DNA of 64,000 bases from an uncultured bacterium. GTDB lineage: Bacteria > Krumholzibacteriota > Krumholzibacteriia > Krumholzibacteriales > Krumholzibacteriaceae. How positions within the stretch are numbered: the stretch's first letter is position 1; the number at the start of each line of letters is the position of its first letter. The DNA is taken from positions 403,814 to 467,813 of the forward strand of contig CAWFAD010000007.1 in NCBI GenBank assembly GCA_963813815.1. Reading direction: 5' to 3'. The position numbers and the translations under genes were made by a program. A model generated the notes under the pieces. That model was not told the origin of the DNA. It saw only the letters and a list, made by a program, of their open reading frames with translations, and searched no databases. Of the stretch, positions 58,475-64,000 are shown piece after piece.

Positions 58475-59657
58475 CCGACCGCCTCTACTACACGTGATCC
58501 CGATCTTCTCGAGTTCACCGCCCGCATTGTCGAGGCGGGGAAAGACGAGCGCGGCGACTATGTCATCCTCGACCGGTCGGCCTTTTACCCGACCTCCGGT
58601 GGACAGGCATATGACACGGGGATGATCGGCGATGTTGCCGTGGTCGACGTAGTGGAAGCTGAGAATGGAGATGTGGTTCATCTGACCGCGGGTCCGGCGG
58701 GGAAGGTCGGCGATCAGGTTGGCGGCCGCGTCGACAAGGTGCGGCGGCGTCGCCATCGCCAGAGCCACACGGCCAGCATATTCTCGGCCGCGTTCTATCA
58801 TCTGTTCGGCCAATCCACCGTCTCGGTACATCTCGGTGAGGACTACTCCGCAATCGAATTCGACGTCGAATCGGTCAGCGAAGAAGATCTCCGCAAAGCC
58901 GAGGATTCGGTCGAATGATCTGATCGCCGACAACGTGCCGGTTGAGATCATGTTCGTTGACGCGGCGGATATCGATAAGCTCCCGATGCGCCGTTCACCC
59001 AAGCGCGACGGCCTGCTGCGCATCATCAAGATCGGCGACTCGAAGATGCCGCTGGTGGTGGCACCGATTGCACCAGCACTGGCGGAGCAGGACTTATCAG
59101 GATCGTGGGCCAGGAGAAGATGCGTGGCAGGGCGCTGATCAAGTATTTGTCTGGCGATCTGGCCCGCGACGATTACCGCCTGCGCTTCGAAGCCACCGAT
59201 GCCATGGCGCGCGCCCTTACCTGTAACCCGGCCGACTTGCCGGGCAAGCTCGACAAACTGACCGGCCAGTTGAAGGACGCAAAGCGCGAGTTGTCACTCG
59301 CCCGCAAAGAACTGATGCCCTTGATGGCCGACGAGCTCGCGAGCGGCGCGATAGCCATCGGCCGGCACAAGGTCGAGTCGCCGTGGCCGAGCGGGCCGAG
59401 GCGGCCCTCGGTGGGCAGATGGCGGCGATGGTGGCCGATCGGATTGGTGGTCTGTCGTTGTTGCAGATCGAGGGTCGTCTGGTCGTGGCCGCGGCGGAGA
59501 ACTCTAATCTCGACGCCGGTAATATTGCCCGGGACTGGCCGAGCGCACCCCCCTAAAAGGAGGCGGCAACAAACGGCAGGCCCAGCTCGGGGAGCGGGAG
59601 ATCGGCGATCTCGAACCGTATCGTGCCATTCTCGGGGAGTTGCTGGGCGATGCGTAG
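58471..59657 (+). CDS. Alanyl-tRNA editing protein (AlaX-L type, frameshifted)
   Basis: MTDRLYY..., LDRSAFYPTSGGQ..DTG, HTA(Q)HI, VHLGEDYSAIE, LRIIKIGD. Confidence 0.75.
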
Positions 59658-62600
59658 CGTTTTCGTCACGGGCGTGCGCGCTTCTGGCTTTGCTGATACT
59701 GGCCCCGGCCTCCTCCGCCCAGCGGAAGGACAAGCTCGACCTGCTGCATGCCGACGAAACCGAGTTTATCTTCTCACGCATTCAGGATACCACCATTGTG
59801 GTGGGCGGGGTGATCTTCGAAACCGAGTCCGGCATGATCTACTGTGACTTCTGCTATCTGGACGAAGGGCCAGACGGTGGTTCTCCTGGGACGGGTTGTT
59901 GTCGACGATACCGATTTTCGGATAACCTGTACTCGGCGCAGTACGATCTCGTCAGCGGACAAGCGATCACGCGCGGCGACTATGTCGAGTTGTGGTCGCG
60001 CAAGGACTCGCTGTTCGCGGTAGGCACGCACGCTTTCTACGACAAGCGCCGCGACTACTTCGAAATACGTCGAATCGGCCCACGGTCTACTTCAACTATC
60101 CTGATTCCGCCGGCATGATCGAGGTGATCGGCGACTTCATGGAATACGACGCTCTGGGCGGGCTCGCCGAAGCCGAGGGGAATGTAAAGATCAACTCGAC
60201 CGATTTCAACGCCACCGCCAATTGTGCGGTGATGCACCCGAACGACAACACGCTCGATCTGTTCGACGGCAACCGCGATCCAGCTGCAGTTGCGCATTTC
60301 GGCGCTCTATTGCTGTCACCACCGACGGCAGCCGGGCGAAGAGCGTTGATGTAATCGACTCCGCGTACGCCGAGTTCATCGAGCCGACCGACGCCACCGA
60401 GGCATTCGTCGACAAATCGATTCTCTCCGGCAAGCGGATGTTGCTCACTTTTGAGGACTCGGAGAGCTCCACTCTGTAACCGCGAGCGGTCAGGCATACT
60501 CCTGGTACTACCCGGCGCATTTCCCCGGACGCGAAGAAGTCGAGAACACTCGTTTCCGGCGATTCGATCCGCCTGGCCATCGTAGAGGAGCAGTTGCAAC
60601 AGGTCTATGTTATCGGTGGTGCGGTGGGAACCTATCTCAGCACCAAGACGCTGGTCGAGGATTCCTCCCTGATCGATGTGACCGACACGATCGACTATAA
60701 GGCGAGTTTCATCAACTATGCTCTCCTGGACTGGGTGACCACGCTGCAGCGTGACGCCGAGGCGATCTCCGGGGCCGTGGAGCTTCAGGCGTATCGCATC
60801 ACATTGAACACCAAAGACCGCATACTCGAGGCTTTCTCGGGTGAGATCGGCGAGGATACGCTGACCGCCGAGAACATGTTTCAGGTCGAGCTGCAGCCGA
60901 ATGATATTCCGGTGGTGTTGAAGGACACGCAGAATCTGATCGGGACCATCTGACCTATTCGATCGATACCGAGAAAGGACGCATTGTAACGTCCAAGTCG
61001 GAGTAAGCATCAAGATCCGGCTCCTACTACGGGCAGGATCTTTACCGGCAGAAAAAGGAACATCTACTATCTCGACAGATGCCGTTACACGACCTGCAAT
61101 GCCGACGAGCCCCATTTCCACTTCTATTCGAAGAATCTGAAACTGATTCAGGACAATAAGCTTGTCGCCAGGCCGGTGGTGTTCTACCTGGGCGCATCCC
61201 GATTCTGGCCCTGCCATACGTCTTTCCGCTGCAGAAGGGTCGACACTCGGGAATCCTGCCGTTCACCTTCGGGAATATCGAGAGGGGCGAGCGGTACGTA
61301 AACAACGTCGGCTACTACTGGGCGGCTTCCGACTACTGGGATTGGCAGGGAGCGCTGGATTACTACGAAGAGCGCTCGCGGCTGAATTTCTACAGCAGGG
61401 TCAACTACAAGAAGCTCTACTCCTTTGACGGTTACGTCTCGGTAACTGGGCACGCGAGACCGCGCTCAGCTCGATTATCGCGAGTACGACGACGCCCGGT
61501 GGACTTTCAGTGCCGCCCACAACCACCAGATATCGCCGTCGTTCAGGGTCAGTGCGACCGGGAGATTCCAGTCGGACAAGGATTTCTACACCGACTATTC
61601 CTCGGATTTGAACGAGCGTCTCAATCGGGTGGTCCGCTCGGAGGTCACTTTTACTAAGAAATTCGGGTCCAGCGTTTCGCTCTCGGGTAAGGTGACCCAC
61701 GACGACAATCTCGACACGGAGTCGCGCTCGGACGTCCTTCCGAGCGCCAGTCTCTCGTTGCCTGCGATCAAGCCGTTCGGGAGTGGTTCGCTCAACGACA
61801 AGGGGGAACTGGAAAGTCACTGGTACCAGAATCTCGTGGTCACCTACCGGCCCAACCTGATTAACGTCTCCAACCGCACGCTGGCACTGGAGCGGATCGA
61901 CTCGACCCTCTTCGTTGACACACCGCCGGCGACTCGACCTATTCGATCGACAGCGTGAAGTATCGCACGCGCAAGAAATACACCCGGGTGGATCACTCGG
62001 TTACCGCCAGTCTGCCGAGTAAGTTCTTCCGCTATGTCATATTCAATCCGAGCCTCAATTACTCGGAGAACTGGATCCGCATCCACGAGACCGATCAGTC
62101 ACGGGTGGCCGGGATCGACGCGTCCACCGACTACCGCACGTTCATGTACAGCGCCGGCGCTTCTTATCAGCACGAATCTGTACGGGACGGTTTACCCGAA
62201 CGCCTTCGGTCTGATTGGACTGCGCCAGACGCTTACGCCCAACATGTCCTATCGCTTCACGCCTGAGTCAGACCGGCACCCGACAATAAGCAGGTATGCC
62301 TCCGCCGGGGCGCGCTCCACCGCCCGGAGCCAGGCGATGACTTTTGGGTTCGATCATCTGTATCAAGCCAAGATTAAGAAAGGGGAGGGGGGGAAGAGCT
62401 CTTCAGCTGGTCTCGATCAACCAAGATATCTCATACGACTTCGAGCGAGAAAGCCGCCAGCTGTCGGATATGAGCAGCAGCTACTCGTCTAAGGTGCTGC
62501 CGAGTGTGCGTTTCTACGGCTCTTTCGGGCACACCTTCTACGAGAGCGACACGGCCGCCAGGCCGACGCTGCGCGATGCCCGGATGACCAGCTTCTCGTT

Positions 62601-63067
62601 CAATACTTCGCTCAGCCTGCGCGGTAAGACGTCTATTTTTGACGACCCGGTGCTTGATCCCGCACGGGGTTGACTTGGCTTCGCAGTTGTCGGATCGACC
62701 ACTTTCGGCCCCGGCCGGGGGTAGTGGATGGAACATGTCTGCGACTTACGGTTTCTCGGAGTACTCCCGAGGCACCCCCAGCTACTACAAGAAGAGCTTC
62801 CTGCGTCTGACCCTCGATTTCTACCTAACCTCCACGACCCGAGTCTCTTACTCGGAAGCGTACGACTTTACCAAGGCCAAGACGATCACCAGTCAGGTGA
62901 CTATCGTGAAAACGATTCACTGCTGGACCGGTGAATTCCACTGGGTGCCGACCGGTTCGACCAAGGGATGGGGTTTCCGGCTCTATGTGACTGCTATGCC
63001 GGAGATTAAGATCGATAACTCGCAGAGCACCCTGAACAGTACGTACTTCACCTCATCCAGTCGTTAG
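59650..63067 (+). CDS. lptD: LPS-assembly protein LptD-like with OstA-like N-terminus (heavily frameshifted)
   Basis: LDLLHAD..., YTTCNADEPHFHF, GRHSGILPF, C-terminal IHCWTGEFHWVP.G...F.LY. Confidence 0.72.
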
Positions 63068-63228
63068 CGGTCGCTAAACAGGGGAGGATTGGACCGACAC
63101 GGCCCGTTTTTTCCCGTCAATTCAGGCTTTTCTTGTTGACAGGTTGGAGCGTGCGGGGGACCATTTGACTAGAAGTAAACTAGAATGCTTCGAAGGAACC
63201 GTTATTTAACAAGGAAGGAAGAGCAGCT

Positions 63229-63504
63229 ATGACCAAGGACGAGATGATTGCCATTATGGCTGAGAAGTCCGGAATCAGCCGTAAGCAGGCGACCGAAGCG
63301 CTAGGCGCGTTCATGGATACCGTAACCCACAGCCTGAAGGGTGGCACGAAGGTCAGCTTCGCCGGCTTCGGCACCTTCGATGTCTCCAAGCGGAAAGCCC
63401 GTCAGGGACGCAATCCGCAGACCGGCGCCACGATCGACATCCCGGCCACCAAGGTCCCGGTTTTCCGTGCCGGCAAGAACCTCAAAGAGGCCATCCGCAA
63501 ATAA
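63229..63504 (+). CDS. hup: HU family DNA-binding protein
   Basis: MTKDEMI, GFGTF, RQGRNPQTG, PVFRAGKNLK. Confidence 0.96.
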   Translation: MTKDEMIAIMAEKSGISRKQATEALGAFMDTVTHSLKGGTKVSFAGFGTFDVSKRKARQGRNPQTGATIDIPATKVPVFRAGKNLKEAIRK

Positions 63505-63526
63505 GCGGGATTATTAGTCAGTTTGC

Positions 63527-63557
63527 AGGCAGGGCCGTCGGGTCCTGCCTTTTTTTA
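63527..63557 (+). terminator. Rho-independent terminator after hup
   Basis: Stem AGGCAGGGCC / GGTCCTGCCT, 4-nt loop, T run. Confidence 0.85.
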
Positions 63558-63606
63558 TGCGGGTTTTTGTTGCCTGTAACCGGGCCACCGACCTTTTTGG
63601 TAGACC

Positions 63607-64000
63607 ATGGCTAAACGCAGGAAACAGAGCGGCGAAGCCCGTCTTATGCGGATTCTGGGCATTGTCACGTTCCTGGTGGCGCTGGTGATTCTGGTCTCCC
63701 TGATCACCCACTCGCCCCTCGACGACGCCCGCATTACGGGGCGGGGAGCCCGATCTGAGCCCGTTCGATCTGCAGTTTCACAACCAGACCGGAATGCTGG
63801 GGGCCTACATTTCTTGATTTTTCTTACCGTGCTCCTGGGCTGGCTGGCGTTTTTCCTCCCCATTGGGCTGATTTTGGTTTCCCTACGGCTCTTCGTCCGA
63901 GATCAGCGCCCGGCTCGAACTAAGCGGCTCGGTGCTGTTCGTGATCGCATTCTCTCGCACCGTCCTTTACAATGTACATCTGCTGGTTCCGGCCACGATC
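63607..64000 (+). CDS. ftsK: DNA translocase FtsK, N-terminal 4TM domain (3'-partial, frameshifted)
   Basis: Translated by hand: MAKRRKQ...ILGIVTFLVALVILVSLITHSPLDD...NQTGMLGAYIS...LLGWLAFFLP. Confidence 0.65.
   Translation, partial: MAKRRKQSGEARLMRILGIVTFLVALVILVSLITHSPLDDARITGRGARSEPVRSAVSQPDRNAGGLHFLIFLTVLLGWLAFFLPIGLILVSLRLFVRDQRPARTKRLGAVRDRILSHRPLQCTSAGSGHD

Noticed and set aside
54765..64000. Genomic island, prophage or programmed-frameshift cluster
   Set aside because: Only housekeeping genes; no integrase or att sites; indels are scattered without slippery-site logic.

Overview
Bacterial (diderm) chromosomal sequence. It very probably consists of two unrelated segments joined at about 54,760. 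The left segment is GC-rich and mostly clean. It holds: (i) a ~20.5 kb, co-oriented surface-glycosylation locus (TMEM260/DUF2723-like GT-C with TPRs, polyprenol-P-mannose synthase, YfhO-like and a second GT-C, several GT2/GT4, a GT2 fused to a degenerate phosphoglycosyltransferase, a PorZ-like beta-propeller with a T9SS-type C-terminal domain, soluble PglF/CapD, GNAT, flippase, methyltransferase); (ii) a dcw cluster (mraZ-STAS-rsmH-ftsL-ftsI-murE-murF-mraY-murD-ftsW-murG-murC-ftsQ-ftsA-ftsZ) with visible MraZ boxes, no murB/ddl, and a TPR + radical SAM tail; (iii) rpmB, recG, an HD protein and a zinc-ribbon/RsbW-like pair; (iv) a patA/pimA-like + MFS operon; (v) an orphan, C-terminally extended MglA-type GTPase behind a sigma54-type promoter, a response regulator, a TPR protein and a truncated Wzi-like gene. 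The right segment has lower GC and many frameshifts: HDAC tail, FAH hydrolase, M1 peptidase, membrane protein, AlaX, LptD, HU and the FtsK N-terminus. Gene content suggests FCB-affiliated candidate phyla; this is inference and was not tested. No rRNA, tRNA, CRISPR array or mobile element was seen. All family calls come from motif recognition by eye, without database searches.
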